From the NCBI GenBank assembly GCA_008671135.1, contig RQAP01000047.1, positions 35,768 through 99,767 on the forward strand: a stretch of 64,000 nt of DNA. Reading direction: 5' to 3'. The notes beneath the pieces were generated by a model. The model was not told the origin of the DNA and did no database searches. It saw only the letters and a list, made by a program, of their open reading frames with translations. Numbering within the stretch: position 1 is the first letter of the stretch; every line of letters starts with the position of its first letter. Shown here in pieces: positions 11,442 through 22,692 of the stretch. Source of the DNA: Collinsella aerofaciens (GTDB lineage: Bacteria; Actinomycetota; Coriobacteriia; Coriobacteriales; Coriobacteriaceae). Made by a program: the position numbers and the translations under genes.

Positions 11442-12590
11442 TTAATCGAGGATATCGTCGAGGGCACTCTTGATACGGTCGGTCACCGACTTCTTACCGG
11501 AAGCGACGTCATCGCCCATCTCATCGGCAAAAGCACGGAGCAGCTCGCGTTGCTTATTGGAAAGATTGGTGGGAACGACCACGCGCAGCTGCACGATCAG
11601 GCGGCCACGCGAACCGCCACCGCCAATGCGCGGCATGCCGTAATTATTGACGCTCACGGTGTCGCCGTACTGGGCGCCGGCGGGAACAGTCACCTTAACG
11701 ACCTCGTCGGGCATAATGCCCTCGACCTCGATCTCGCAGCCGAGCGCAGCCTGCGCAATCGAGATATCGCTCACGAGGTACAGGTCGTCACCGTTGCGCT
11801 TAAAGCGCTCATGGTCGGCAACACGCACGTTGACAATCAGGTCGCCCGAGGGCTCGCCGCGAAGGCCGGCCTCGCCAAAGCCGCCCACACGCAGCTGGCG
11901 ACCGGTCGAAACGCCGGCGGGAATATCGATGTCGATCTTCTCGTGCGAAGGCGTGCGGCCCTGACCGTCGCAGGTCTCACAGGGATGGTCGATAACCGTG
12001 CCCTCGCCATGGCAGTCGGGACAAGGCGAGGAAGACTGAACCTGGCCCAAAAAAGAGCGCTGGACCGTGGTGACATAGCCCGTGCCGTGGCAGCGGCTGC
12101 ACTGTTTTTCGGTCGCACCGTCAGCCTTGCCCGTACCGTTGCAATCCTCGCAGGGAGCAAGGCGGTCATAGCTGATCGTCTTTTTGCAGCCGAGCGCCGC
12201 CTCCTCGAGCGTCACCGAAAGCGAGATGGCCATGTCACGTCCGCGACGACGCTCACGACGGCTGCGGGCGCCACCGCCGGCACCGCCGCCAAAGAACGAC
12301 GAGAACAAGTCGTCCATACCCATGCCACCAAAGATATCGTTGATATCGACGTAGCCCGAACCACCAGGGCCGTCGGCAGTGCCGTAACGGTCGTAGTTAG
12401 CACGCTTCTGCTCATCGGAAAGAACGGAATAGGCCTCGTTGAGCTCCTTGAACTTGGCCTCGGCCTCGGGGTCGTCCGAAACATCCGGATGTACGGTACG
12501 GGCCTTCTTTAGAAACGCACGCTTAATCGTCCGCGCGTCGGCATCCCTGTCGACGCCAAGCACCTCGTAGTAATCCCTATTTTCCGACAC
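11442..12590 (-). CDS. dnaJ: Chaperone DnaJ
   Basis: J domain with HPD, G/F region, four CxxCxGxG repeats, full C-terminal domain. Confidence 0.96.
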   Translation of the reverse strand: MSENRDYYEVLGVDRDADARTIKRAFLKKARTVHPDVSDDPEAEAKFKELNEAYSVLSDEQKRANYDRYGTADGPGGSGYVDINDIFGGMGMDDLFSSFFGGGAGGGARSRRERRRGRDMAISLSVTLEEAALGCKKTISYDRLAPCEDCNGTGKADGATEKQCSRCHGTGYVTTVQRSFLGQVQSSSPCPDCHGEGTVIDHPCETCDGQGRTPSHEKIDIDIPAGVSTGRQLRVGGFGEAGLRGEPSGDLIVNVRVADHERFKRNGDDLYLVSDISIAQAALGCEIEVEGIMPDEVVKVTVPAGAQYGDTVSVNNYGMPRIGGGGSRGRLIVQLRVVVPTNLSNKQRELLRAFADEMGDDVASGKKSVTDRIKSALDDILD

Positions 12591-12671
12591 GACCTAATCC
12601 TTCCGACTTTCATTATTGTCACAGTGCGTCCTATACCCAAGCTGGGCCGACCGCAAACAAAGGGTTTGATG

Positions 12672-13775
12672 TTATTGCATTTGGTACGGCGAAAGCATGG
12701 CCCGTTGCGAGCAGCTCGCGAACCAAACCGACACGAGCGCGAACATGAAGCCGTTGGCAAAACCGTTGGCAAACTGCATCGCACCGCGCTTCCACCACAG
12801 CAGACTACGATGAAGCACACCGTCCGAAAGCACCATGAACAGACCCATGGTAAACGGAATAAAGCACATCACGGCAAAGGCCGAGAACACGCCCGAGATG
12901 GCCGAGAGTACCAAAAACGGCGCCACGATGCCCATCAGGTAAAAACCGGTACGGGCCTTGCCTTCCAGACGCTCGGCCTCAACATGGGCACGGCCGACAA
13001 GATCGCCGCCCGAGGCACCGTTGGTGCCGGCGTGACCCATGCCGCCAATGCGGACCTCGTCGCCATCGTGCGTGCCGGCAGGAAACTCAATTGTCTGCTC
13101 GGAGGTCACACGGGTTCGACCGCTGCCGCCGCAATCGGGACAGGGGTCGGCGACGACCTTACCGGAACCTCCGCACTCGGGGCAGACCGACTGGAACGTG
13201 CCGGCACCGAACAGGAAGGACAGGTCGACGTCGATGTGGCCGCGACCGCCGCAGCTCGGACAGGTATGTGCATGCTCGGACGAAACAGAACCCGAGCCTC
13301 CGCAGTGACCACAGGTATCGAAGCGCGTATAGCGAACGGTCTTGCGGGCACCGCCCTTGGCCTCCTTGGCGTCGAGCTTAATATCGACGACCACGTTGGC
13401 GCCGTTCTCGGGATTATAGGCAGCCTGCCCGCGACGCGGCTGGGCCCAGGCGCCCCCGAAGGGGAAACCGCCGTCAAAGGGATTGCCGTAACCGGCGCTG
13501 CCGGCATAGCCACCGCCATAGGGCGAAGCCGTCGGTGCACCGGCAAAGGGATTGCCCGAGCGCATGGCGTCGTAGCGCGCACGCTTCTGCTCGTCCGAAA
13601 GCACGGCGTAGGCCTCGGAAACCTCTTTAAACTTTTCCTCGGCATCAGGTTCTTTGTTGACGTCCGGATGGAGCTTGCGGGCCTTTTGCTGGAAGGCCTT
13701 CTGAATATCACGCGAGGTGGCGTCCTTGGAGACACCCAAAATCTCGTAGTAATCTTTTTCGTTCATCGTCGCCAT
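12672..13775 (-). CDS. DnaJ paralog with hydrophobic (membrane) C-terminus
   Basis: HPD J domain, four CxxCxGxG, then hydrophobic helices instead of CTD II; ATG 13775 with AGGAGG SD. Confidence 0.88.
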   Translation of the reverse strand: MATMNEKDYYEILGVSKDATSRDIQKAFQQKARKLHPDVNKEPDAEEKFKEVSEAYAVLSDEQKRARYDAMRSGNPFAGAPTASPYGGGYAGSAGYGNPFDGGFPFGGAWAQPRRGQAAYNPENGANVVVDIKLDAKEAKGGARKTVRYTRFDTCGHCGGSGSVSSEHAHTCPSCGGRGHIDVDLSFLFGAGTFQSVCPECGGSGKVVADPCPDCGGSGRTRVTSEQTIEFPAGTHDGDEVRIGGMGHAGTNGASGGDLVGRAHVEAERLEGKARTGFYLMGIVAPFLVLSAISGVFSAFAVMCFIPFTMGLFMVLSDGVLHRSLLWWKRGAMQFANGFANGFMFALVSVWFASCSQRAMLSPYQMQ

Positions 13776-13833
13776 GCGCGGCAACCTCCTGCTCACAGCA
13801 GCGTATATATTGCGGTAATTCTACCCGAGCGGC

Positions 13834-15066
13834 CTAGGCTAGACCCCAAAACAGCTCGAACAGCACATTTCCATCGAGCCAGCCCAAGTGGGTGGGCGCT
13901 AAACGAGCACGGACATGGCCCGCGAGGACGTCTGACGAAGTGAAGGGTCCCTCATGGACTCCGAGCGTCTCGGGCACCCAAGTGGCAAGACCCAATTCGA
14001 GCGCGCGATCGCAGGCAGCTGCCAGCTCGCCCGTTGGGATGACGCAAGCTGCACGAACCAACAGATCGGACGCAATACCGCGCGTCATGCGACAAGCGAG
14101 CATCAGGTCTTCAGCCGCAGCCTCACGCTGCGACAGATATTCGGCCTCGAACGCCGTCGCGTCATCGTCACGTTGCACCAGACGCACGCGGTACGAATCG
14201 CCTCGAGAAGACACGCCGGGGAACAAACCTGCAAGACGATCGAAATCCTCGGCATCGAGCATGCCCGCGGCAGAGCGACCCAGGCCCAAATAGCCCTGGC
14301 CGGTCCAGTAGGCAATGTTATGGGCGCACTCATGGCCGTCGAGCGCATAGCTTGCCACCTCATACGGGTGATAGCCGGCCGCACCCAGACGCTCACGCGC
14401 CACATCCATGCACGAAGCTTGAAAATCCTCGTCGGGCTCTACCGACTCGTCGCGGCACGCCATGCGATAAAGGGGAGTCCCCTCCTCAAGCGTGAGCGGG
14501 TAGACCGACACATGATGCGGAGCCGCCGCCAGCACGCCATCGAGCGTGCGCCTCCAACTCGCTGCGGTCTGCCCGGGAAGTCCGCACATAAGGTCGCACG
14601 ACACGTCAAGCCCAGCGTTCTTGACTGTCGCGATGGCGGCGAGCGCCCGATCGGCATCGTGAATACGGCCGATAGCGGTAAGTTCGATGTTATCGAGCGT
14701 TTGCACGCCCAGAGAGACGCGTGTGACACCAACCTTGGCAAGCGCAGCGGCAAGCTCGGCGGTCAGCGACTCGGGATTGGCCTCGCAGGTAAACTCAACG
14801 GGGGCGCACCACGCACGAATACGCCGCGCCAGCTCCACCAGGCGCTCCCCCGCCAGCGACGGCGTACCACCGCCAACATAGACGGTGCGGATCTGTTCAA
14901 GGGCCCTAGCCTTGCCAAAAGCATCGAGGCGCGCGAACAACTGCTCAAAATAGACATCGAGCGCAGCGCTCAGGTCGCACGGAGCAAAACTGCGCGAGTC
15001 AAAGTCGCAGTACCGGCACTTTTGGGCGCAAAACGGCACGTGCACGTACAGCGCGGTAACGGCCAC
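13834..15066 (-). CDS. hemW: Radical SAM heme chaperone HemW (HemN-like)
   Basis: LYVHVPFCAQKCRYCDF, GGGTPS, HNIAYW. Confidence 0.9.
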   Translation of the reverse strand: MAVTALYVHVPFCAQKCRYCDFDSRSFAPCDLSAALDVYFEQLFARLDAFGKARALEQIRTVYVGGGTPSLAGERLVELARRIRAWCAPVEFTCEANPESLTAELAAALAKVGVTRVSLGVQTLDNIELTAIGRIHDADRALAAIATVKNAGLDVSCDLMCGLPGQTAASWRRTLDGVLAAAPHHVSVYPLTLEEGTPLYRMACRDESVEPDEDFQASCMDVARERLGAAGYHPYEVASYALDGHECAHNIAYWTGQGYLGLGRSAAGMLDAEDFDRLAGLFPGVSSRGDSYRVRLVQRDDDATAFEAEYLSQREAAAEDLMLACRMTRGIASDLLVRAACVIPTGELAAACDRALELGLATWVPETLGVHEGPFTSSDVLAGHVRARLAPTHLGWLDGNVLFELFWGLA

Positions 15067-15068
15067 CC

Positions 15069-16112
15069 TTAAGCCTCCAGCGGATGTGGAGGCACCGATT
15101 CGCCGGCGGCAAGGGCAGCCTCGCAGGCCACCACATCGCGCTCGATCTCATCGACCAGCGCCATAAACTCCTCGTAAGTGGAACAGCGCACCACATGGGC
15201 ACGCCAAGCGGCGGCATGAGGCATGCCTTTTAAGTACCAGCTTGCGTACGTGCGGGCACGCGACATGAGCGGCAGGAGCTCATGCGTCAGCGTTAGGTGC
15301 TCACGCAGGGCGTCCAGGCGCTCGACGGAGCTGCGTGCCGGCACCGGTATGCCATCGAGCGCAAGGGCGCGAGCATCACCAAAAACCCAGGGGTTTCCGT
15401 AGATGCCGCGCGCGATAAACACCGCGCTGGCACCCGAGCCTTGCAGATGCTCAGCAGCGTCCTCGGCCGAGAACACATCACCCGAACCAATCACGGGAAT
15501 CTCGACGGCGTCGGCAACCTCATCGACAACCGACCAATCGGCCTGGCCGGTGTAGAGCTGCGTGGCACAACGACCGTGCACGGCAACTGCAGAGGCGCCC
15601 GCCCCTTCAAGCATCTGGGCAAACGTTGCGGCGTTGCGGTCCTCGGCATAAAAACCCTTGCGGATCTTCACGGTCACGGGAACATGCGCCGCGCCCACCG
15701 CTGCCTCGACAATCTTCTCGGCCAGGTCGGGCGTGCGCATAAGCGCCGAGCCTTCGCCCTTAGTAACGACCTTGCGAGCCGGACAGGCCATGTTGATATC
15801 AATCAATGACAGGCGATCGCCCACACGCTCCTCGACGGCGGCGACGGCACTCGCAAACTGCTCGGGCTTGGAGCCAAAGAGTTGCACGCAAATCTGCTGC
15901 TCCTCGTCGGCCGGTAGCACCAGGCGCCAGGTCTTGTTGCTGGCATAGGCAAGGCCCGTCACGCTCACCATCTCGCTATAGGCGAGATTGGCACCGCGGC
16001 GGCGGCACATGATGCGATAAGCGGGATCGGTTACGCCCGCCATGGGAGCCATAAGGAACGGCTGCTCGGCATAGGCGCCCAGCAGCCGCTTGCTGTATAC
16101 GGAAAGCGCCAT
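15069..16112 (-). CDS. dusB: tRNA-dihydrouridine synthase (DusB-like)
   Basis: APMAGVTD, DINMACP, VTVKIR, AVHGR, GNPW. Confidence 0.88.
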   Translation of the reverse strand: MALSVYSKRLLGAYAEQPFLMAPMAGVTDPAYRIMCRRRGANLAYSEMVSVTGLAYASNKTWRLVLPADEEQQICVQLFGSKPEQFASAVAAVEERVGDRLSLIDINMACPARKVVTKGEGSALMRTPDLAEKIVEAAVGAAHVPVTVKIRKGFYAEDRNAATFAQMLEGAGASAVAVHGRCATQLYTGQADWSVVDEVADAVEIPVIGSGDVFSAEDAAEHLQGSGASAVFIARGIYGNPWVFGDARALALDGIPVPARSSVERLDALREHLTLTHELLPLMSRARTYASWYLKGMPHAAAWRAHVVRCSTYEEFMALVDEIERDVVACEAALAAGESVPPHPLEA

Positions 16113-16116
16113 AGAC

Positions 16117-17928
16117 CTACTCGTCCACCTTGAGGATCGCCATAAAGGCCTCCTGCGGGACCTCGACCGAGCCGATGGCCTTCATGCGCTTCTTGCCCTC
16201 TTTCTGCTTCTCGAGCAGCTTGCGCTTACGCGAGATATCGCCGCCGTAGCACTTAGCAAGAACGTCCTTGCGACGCGCTTTGACGGTAGAACGGGCGATG
16301 ATCTTGTTGCCGATAGCACCCTGGATGGGAACCTCGAACAGCTGACGCGGGATGATCTCCTTAAGTTTGTCGCACAGACCACGGGCCAGGCCATAGGCCT
16401 TGTCCTTATGGACGATAAACGACAGCGCGTCCACCTCGTCGCCCGAAAGCAAGATATCGAGCTTAACGAGCTCGGAGGGACGGTACTCGTTGAACTCGTA
16501 GTCGAGCGAGGCATAGCCCTTGGTACGGCTCTTGAGCTGGTCAAAGAAGTCCAAGATGAGCTCGGCGAGCGGCATATCAAAGCGCATCTCGACCGACTTA
16601 CTCGTGAGATGAATCATGTCGGTAGTAATGCCGCGGTGCTCGATAGCGAGCTGCATGACGGCACCCGTATACTCGGGCGGGCAGATAATCTTGGCCTTGA
16701 GGCAGGGTTCCTCGATACGCTCGATGCGCGTAGCCTCGGGCAGATCCTGCGGGCTGCGGACATCAATCATCTCGCCGTCAGTCTTGTAGACGTGATAGTC
16801 CACCGAGGGGCTCGTGGCAATGAGGTCAAGATTGAACTCGCGCTCCAGGCGCTCCTTGACGACCTCCATATGCAGCAGGCCCAAGAAGCCCACGCGGAAG
16901 CCAAAGCCGAGCGCCACCGAGGTCTCGGGCTCCCACACCAACGACGGGTCGTTGACGTGCAGCTTATCGAGCGCGTCACGCAGGTTCTCGTAGTCCTTGT
17001 TATCGATCGGGAACAGGCCCGTATAGACCATGGGCTTGGCCTCGCGGTAGCCGGGAAGCGGCTCGGGGCAGGGATTCGACGCCCACGTGAGGGTATCGCC
17101 CACGCGAACGGCCTCGGGGTCCTTCAGGCCCGTGACCACGTATCCGACCTCGCCGACCGTGAGCGCGTCGACCGGGGTCTCGGCGGGACGCTTGACGCCC
17201 ACGCCATCGACCAAAAAGTCGCCCTTTGCCTGCATCATGCGCAGGGTATCGCCCTTTTTGATGGAGCCGTCAAAGATGCGCACCGTGGCGACGACGCCAC
17301 GATACTCGTCGAAGTACGAATCCAGAATGAGTGCCTTGAGCGGCGCGTTCGCATCGCCCTTGGGCGGAGAGATCAAAAAGACAATGGACTCCAGCAGATC
17401 GTGGATGCCCTCGCCGGTCTTGCCCGAGACGCACACGGCATCATCGGCAGGGATCGCCAGGTCATCCTCGATCTCGGTCTTAACCTCGTCGGGATGGGCC
17501 GAGGGCAGGTCGATCTTGTTGATGGCCGGCACAATGTCCAGATTGGCGTTCATGGCGAGCGTCGCGTTGGAGACGGTCTGCGCCTCGACGCCCTGCGTGG
17601 CGTCGACAACGAGCACCGCGCCCTCACAGGCTGCCAGCGAGCGCGAAACCTCATAGGTAAAGTCCACGTGGCCCGGCGTATCGATCAGATTGAACTGATA
17701 CGTCTCGCCATCGTCGGCGTCATAGGACACGCGAACGGCATTGGACTTGATCGTGATGCCGCGCTCGCGCTCGATATCCATGGTGTCGAGCAGCTGCGAC
17801 TCCATGTCGCGCTCGTCGACGGTATGGGTGAGCTCGAGAATGCGGTCACTGATCGTGGACTTGCCATGGTCGATGTGCGCAACAATCGAGAAGTTGCGGA
17901 TGTGGGAAATGTCAATTGAAGTATTCAT
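16117..17928 (-). CDS. lepA: Elongation factor 4
   Basis: [37 protein letters not shown]. Confidence 0.98.
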   Translation of the reverse strand: MNTSIDISHIRNFSIVAHIDHGKSTISDRILELTHTVDERDMESQLLDTMDIERERGITIKSNAVRVSYDADDGETYQFNLIDTPGHVDFTYEVSRSLAACEGAVLVVDATQGVEAQTVSNATLAMNANLDIVPAINKIDLPSAHPDEVKTEIEDDLAIPADDAVCVSGKTGEGIHDLLESIVFLISPPKGDANAPLKALILDSYFDEYRGVVATVRIFDGSIKKGDTLRMMQAKGDFLVDGVGVKRPAETPVDALTVGEVGYVVTGLKDPEAVRVGDTLTWASNPCPEPLPGYREAKPMVYTGLFPIDNKDYENLRDALDKLHVNDPSLVWEPETSVALGFGFRVGFLGLLHMEVVKERLEREFNLDLIATSPSVDYHVYKTDGEMIDVRSPQDLPEATRIERIEEPCLKAKIICPPEYTGAVMQLAIEHRGITTDMIHLTSKSVEMRFDMPLAELILDFFDQLKSRTKGYASLDYEFNEYRPSELVKLDILLSGDEVDALSFIVHKDKAYGLARGLCDKLKEIIPRQLFEVPIQGAIGNKIIARSTVKARRKDVLAKCYGGDISRKRKLLEKQKEGKKRMKAIGSVEVPQEAFMAILKVDE

Positions 17929-17953
17929 GTGGACTATCTTACCCGAGCGGTAC

Positions 17954-17990
17954 AAAAAATGGAGCCTGTTCCATAAAACAGGCTCCATTT
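17954..17990 (-). terminator. Intrinsic terminator after rpsT
   Basis: AAATGGAGCCTGTT...AACAGGCTCCATTTTTT. Confidence 0.85.
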
Positions 17991-18024
17991 ATGCGCGTAA
18001 TCTGTGTGGTGTGAAGTTTACAAC

Positions 18025-18291
18025 TTAGGCGTTGATGCTGTTCACGAGCTTGGCAAGACCGGACTTGCGGTTGGAAGCCTGGTTCTTGTGGATAACATGC
18101 TTGGCGGCAGCCATGTCAAGACGCTTGGTGACGGTCTTGAGGGCAGCCTGGGCCTTCTCGGCGTCGCCCTCGGCGACGGCGGACTGGACGTGCTTGGTCA
18201 GCGTCTTGAGCTCGGACTTGACAGCCTTGTTACGCATGCGAGCTGCCTCATTGGTGCGGATACGCTTCTTCTGAGACTTGATGTTTGCCAC
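18025..18291 (-). CDS. rpsT: 30S ribosomal protein S20
   Basis: [24 protein letters not shown] start 18291. Confidence 0.96.
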   Translation of the reverse strand: MANIKSQKKRIRTNEAARMRNKAVKSELKTLTKHVQSAVAEGDAEKAQAALKTVTKRLDMAAAKHVIHKNQASNRKSGLAKLVNSINA

Positions 18292-18424
18292 TTCTGGAGT
18301 TCCTTTCGAGTTCCTTGCAAAAAATGTATGACACCTCTGAGACACGGTGAGGTCATGCAAGCGCCTACTATAGCACGCTCCCCCTCAAAGGGATAGAACG
18401 AATTTGTCAAATAGGCAGGTATCA

Positions 18425-19387
18425 TCACGATTTTCTCAAGATGTTCGTAATCCAGAGCAAAAGCGCGGTCTGAGAATCGGCCGAACCCTTGAGCGCGAGC
18501 TCCACATCGACCGCACCCTCGAGCGCTGCGATGAGCTCTGCCATCGAAAAGCGACGTGCCCAGGTCAGGTGATTCTTGACCTGCCAGGACTGGAGCTTGA
18601 GCGTTGCGGCCAGCTCACGACCCTGTCCACGCGCATCGAGCGCCTTGGCGACGATAAGCTCGCGGATACGGCCGCACAGCAATGTGTAAGTCCACACGTA
18701 GCTCTTGGCGGGCAGCAGATTGAAGAGCTCGAGCGAGCGTCGCATGTCACGGGCCGAGACCGCATTGAGAAAGTCCCAAGGTTGAACCTCGGCCGTACGT
18801 ACAATCCAGCGCTCAACGTCGGCAAGCTCAATCTGGGGCGCCTCGACCATCTGGGCAAGCTTAGCCAAGTCGTTATCGAGCATGCGAGTGTTTTCTCCCG
18901 AACGCGAGACGAGTTCCTCGGCGGCCGCCGTCGAGATCGACTTGCCGTGCTGCATCGCCATCTGTTGCACGCGGCGCGGTAGCTCCCAGCGCTTGGTGCC
19001 GGAGCAATCGATCACGGCCTTCTTGTCGATCTTGGCGATCGCCTTATACAGGCGCGTGTTCTTGGCAAGCGAGTCGGCGATGATGAGGCAGACCGTTGTG
19101 GGGCTGGGACTTGCGAGGTACTCGACGAGCGGCTCCGAGACCGCCTTGGCGAGCTTTGAACAGCCATCAAGGATTACCAGGCGAAACTCGCTGCCCATCG
19201 GAAAGGTGTTAAGCGATCCGATAATGGACTCGATATCGGGGTCCTTGGTCATGTCACGCTCGTCGAGGTTGAACTCGACCATACCCGACTTTTCCAGACG
19301 CGCTTTCATACGCGAGACGGCGTGATCGCGCTTGACTCCGTCGGTACCGACGATCAGATATGCCGGCAGCAGACCGATTTCGGACAT
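18425..19387 (-). CDS. holA: DNA polymerase III delta subunit
   Basis: AYLIVG, TFPMGSEFRLVIL, LALKG; comEC-holA-rpsT synteny. Confidence 0.88.
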   Translation of the reverse strand: MSEIGLLPAYLIVGTDGVKRDHAVSRMKARLEKSGMVEFNLDERDMTKDPDIESIIGSLNTFPMGSEFRLVILDGCSKLAKAVSEPLVEYLASPSPTTVCLIIADSLAKNTRLYKAIAKIDKKAVIDCSGTKRWELPRRVQQMAMQHGKSISTAAAEELVSRSGENTRMLDNDLAKLAQMVEAPQIELADVERWIVRTAEVQPWDFLNAVSARDMRRSLELFNLLPAKSYVWTYTLLCGRIRELIVAKALDARGQGRELAATLKLQSWQVKNHLTWARRFSMAELIAALEGAVDVELALKGSADSQTALLLWITNILRKS

Positions 19388-19465
19388 TGCGCTCCCCTCC
19401 CGCAGGCCTTCGTATTCGTTCCGTGCCATTCTAGCCCAGGGGCCCACCACACGCCATCGACATCG

Positions 19466-21769
19466 TCACGGTCGCTGGCATCGCATCGCAAAGCCCTTTG
19501 CGGTCGGGCTGATGGTGATATCACCATGTTCGATGGTGCATGCGAACGCACCGCCCGCTTCCTGAACGGCATCGATGCAGGCATCCGACGGATGACCGTA
19601 TCGATTCCCCTTGCCGGCGCTCGCGAGGGAAAGCTCGGGTCTCAGGACATCCAGCAACTCACCATCGACTGAAACCTTGGAGCCGTGATGCCCAAGTTTA
19701 AGGACATCGATATCCCCCACCTCCTGCACGAATTCCCGTTCTTGGTCGAGCTCGGCATCACCAGTGAGGAGCATACGCAGGCTCTTGCCTTCCTGAACAT
19801 AAGAGAGTAGCAGGACAAGCGAGTCCTCATTTCCCTCGCCATCTACGGACTCGAACGGCCACATCACGCGGGCACAAAATGAGCCGATGTCGACCGTATC
19901 CCCACGGCGCACCTGCCGATACTCAACGCCAGGTCGATTCAATACCTCGGCAGGAGCATCCTCCAACGCATCCGCCGCCACGGCAATCGTTCCGACCGAA
20001 AACTGTTCGAGCACGGCAGGTAGACCACCCCAGTGATCCTCATCCCAATGCGTCACAAAGACGGCATCGATATGGTGCACGTTATTGCGAACCAACGCCG
20101 CTACCACGCGCTCATCGAGCCCGCAGTCGACGAGTGCTAATGCGTCGCCCTGGCGGATAAGAATCGCATCCGCCTGGCCCACATCGAGCACCGTCACCGA
20201 AGGCGGAGCGAATCGATCCCAGTAGACGTACGGAATCGCAGCCAAGAGCACCAGGCATGAAAGCCCCACCGCCATAGGACGTGCACGGGGACGCGGCCAC
20301 CAGACCAACAGAACCGCCAGCAAACACGGCACTAGGTAAATCCACATGCTATCGGACGGCACACTCACAGATACACCAGGCACGGCGGCAAACAGTTGCT
20401 CGAAGAACAGTGCGCAACGGGCGGCAACCATGGGCACAACGAGCGCCCAAATCCGCAACGGTTCCACGAGCGAAAAGGGAACCAGCACGATCGACACAGC
20501 AAGCAGTACGCTCACCACCGGACCGATGACTGCATTTGCCAGCGGAGCAATGAGCGAGAACGTACCGAAGGCAGGAATGGTAATGGGAAGTGTTGCCAGT
20601 TGCGAGCACAGCGTGACGGAAAGTATGTTGGCAACGCCCGATGGCACACCCAGCTCACCCAAAGCGTAGGTCGCATAGGGGCAAAAGCACAGAATGGCTA
20701 AGACGCTGGCACACGAGAGCTGAAAGCCCATCTCGAACAGCACCGTCGGCCGCAGTAGCACAAAGATGGACATGGTTACGAAGAGTGCCGATGCGCCGTG
20801 CCGGCGACGCCCCGCGCCGTTTACGACAAGCGTCGCGAACACCATGCAGCACGCGCGCACGGCCGAGGGAGACGCGCCCGTAAAGGCAGTGTAGCCCACA
20901 AGCGCCATCGCCAATATCGCCCGCTGAACACCACGTGAGCAGCGAGTCTTTTGCAATACACCCTCGATTACAAATCCCACGATAGCCAAATGGCTGCCCG
21001 AGACGGCGATAAGATGCGCCGTTCCCGTTACCGAAAACCAGTCGCCCGCCGGCTGGGCGCGCAGTTCGGCCGAACGACCGCAGACGACACCGGCTATGAG
21101 TGCACGCGCCGGGTCGGTCGCAGGCGCGATGGACGCAAGCAGCCCATTTCGCAGCCGAAGCAGCGGTCCCGGAGAGCCCTCATCGGCCGACACAATCCGA
21201 ACGACTTTAACCTTGCGCACCTCGCCTCGGAGCACGCGCGATCGTCCATACGCATCGTTCTCAAAACGTGAAACGCGACCGATAACACGCACGTACGCCC
21301 CGACCTTGAGCTCGCGGTCGCACGATAGGCGAACCGTTGCCAAGTTCTTACCGTCCGCGCGTGCCTCGCAGGTATAGGAATACACGTCGTCGTTTATGGA
21401 TGGATCGCCCTGCACGATAAACTCGAGGCCGCTTGCCGCTCGACCGTCGAGCGCCTTCGAGGCGCTGAGCGCACCCACAGCCCACCACGCCGAGACGACC
21501 GCTCCCGCCACGAGACCGACGGACGCGGCATACAACCACCGCTTCAAAGGGGCAAGCCGCGCACAAGATTGAGCCAGCACAACGAATACCGTCGTCGCAA
21601 CGGGAATGGCCCATAGCAGCCCGACCGCCGGCGCCTGCTCCCTCAGCAGCGCATCAGCGGCCACGTTGAGCACCGAGGCGCAGCTCATGCACATGCCGGC
21701 ACACAGGGCCATCGTCCACGGCATCAGGGGCCGCGGAGGCATCACATGCTCGCGCTCGGTCGCACTCAT
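19466..21769 (-). CDS. comEC: DNA uptake channel ComEC/Rec2 with metallo-beta-lactamase domain
   Basis: GTAHLIAVSGSH, SPSAVRA, GFQLS, DVGQAD, THWDEDH, LTGD, GHHGS, NRYGHP; ATGA overlap with comEA. Confidence 0.95.
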   Translation of the reverse strand: MSATEREHVMPPRPLMPWTMALCAGMCMSCASVLNVAADALLREQAPAVGLLWAIPVATTVFVVLAQSCARLAPLKRWLYAASVGLVAGAVVSAWWAVGALSASKALDGRAASGLEFIVQGDPSINDDVYSYTCEARADGKNLATVRLSCDRELKVGAYVRVIGRVSRFENDAYGRSRVLRGEVRKVKVVRIVSADEGSPGPLLRLRNGLLASIAPATDPARALIAGVVCGRSAELRAQPAGDWFSVTGTAHLIAVSGSHLAIVGFVIEGVLQKTRCSRGVQRAILAMALVGYTAFTGASPSAVRACCMVFATLVVNGAGRRRHGASALFVTMSIFVLLRPTVLFEMGFQLSCASVLAILCFCPYATYALGELGVPSGVANILSVTLCSQLATLPITIPAFGTFSLIAPLANAVIGPVVSVLLAVSIVLVPFSLVEPLRIWALVVPMVAARCALFFEQLFAAVPGVSVSVPSDSMWIYLVPCLLAVLLVWWPRPRARPMAVGLSCLVLLAAIPYVYWDRFAPPSVTVLDVGQADAILIRQGDALALVDCGLDERVVAALVRNNVHHIDAVFVTHWDEDHWGGLPAVLEQFSVGTIAVAADALEDAPAEVLNRPGVEYRQVRRGDTVDIGSFCARVMWPFESVDGEGNEDSLVLLLSYVQEGKSLRMLLTGDAELDQEREFVQEVGDIDVLKLGHHGSKVSVDGELLDVLRPELSLASAGKGNRYGHPSDACIDAVQEAGGAFACTIEHGDITISPTAKGFAMRCQRP

Positions 21770-22479
21770 ACGCAGATGCAATCTTTGATTTTGGCAAGCT
21801 TCTTCTCGCCGATTCCCGATACACGCATCAGATCGTCAACCGAGGCAAAAGCACCGTTCTTTGTCCGCTCATCGATAATCGACTGTGCCATGGAGGGACC
21901 GATGCCCGAGAGCGTCTGCAGTTCTGCCGCGCTTGCCGTATTGATATTTACTAGGCCTGTTGCGCCACTCACGCCCGATGATGCGAAAGCCCCACCATCA
22001 ACACCGGCTTCCGCAATGGACGTCTGCTGCTCCCCTACCGTTGGAACGTGAATCTTCTGTCCATCGACGACCTTAGATGCCCGATTGAGCCCCGTAACGT
22101 CTGCCTCAGGCGCCAGCCCGCCGGCGGCATCAATCGCCTGAGCCACCCGCGCGCCGTCTTTGAGCCTGTATACACCGGGCGACACAACAGCGCCATCAAC
22201 ATCGACACAGACTTCTGCCGCGGCAGACGCCTTAGACGAAGAGCCTTCGGATGTCTTTCCGCTCGAGGCATCGCCGGATCCCGGCTCCACCAACGAGTCT
22301 GAACCGTCAGTGCGCTCAAACGACACGCCGCCGGCACCGCCGCCAAGGTTCGCCATCGCCAAGCCGCTCGCCATCGCAATGACGACCAGTATCGCCACGA
22401 CCACCGCCTTATGACCGAACAGCTTGTCCGCCAAGCGGTCCATCTTTTTGACCCGTTCGTGTTGTTCGCGCTGCGCCAT
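21766..22479 (-). CDS. comEA: Competence DNA receptor ComEA
   Basis: N-terminal TM, SLBB (VDVDGAVVSPGVY), HhH (VNINTAS..ELQTLSGIGP); ATG 22479 with GGAGG. Confidence 0.95.
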   Translation of the reverse strand: MAQREQHERVKKMDRLADKLFGHKAVVVAILVVIAMASGLAMANLGGGAGGVSFERTDGSDSLVEPGSGDASSGKTSEGSSSKASAAAEVCVDVDGAVVSPGVYRLKDGARVAQAIDAAGGLAPEADVTGLNRASKVVDGQKIHVPTVGEQQTSIAEAGVDGGAFASSGVSGATGLVNINTASAAELQTLSGIGPSMAQSIIDERTKNGAFASVDDLMRVSGIGEKKLAKIKDCICV

Positions 22480-22554
22480 AGCAAAACCTCCCAACACCAT
22501 CGTGTCAGGAAAGGAACTCCGCAACAGCTACGCTCCAAAACCGGTTTTAGCGGT

Positions 22555-22574
22555 CAAACCAAAAACCGACCAAA
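22555..22574 (-). promoter_or_regulatory. Putative competence-regulon box upstream of comEA
   Basis: TTTGGTCGGTTTTTGGTTTG, 18/20 identical to the site upstream of yraN. Confidence 0.65.
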
Positions 22575-22649
22575 ACCTTGCACAAATCTGTCCATTTATT
22601 CAGGCACACGTCAGCAAATGAACACTTAGCCGCAAAATGCCCAGATAGC

Positions 22650-22682
22650 AAAAGACCGACGATGCAGGCGCATCGTCGGTCT
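22650..22682 (-). terminator. Intrinsic terminator after thiI
   Basis: AGACCGACGATGC-loop-GCATCGTCGGTCTTTT. Confidence 0.85.
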
Positions 22683-22692
22683 ATGCACAAAT

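Noticed and set aside
12591..12671. CIRCE/HAIR heat-shock operator before dnaJ genes
   Set aside because: No TTAGCACTC-N9-GAGTGCTAA or CTTGAGT-N7-ACTCAAG seen
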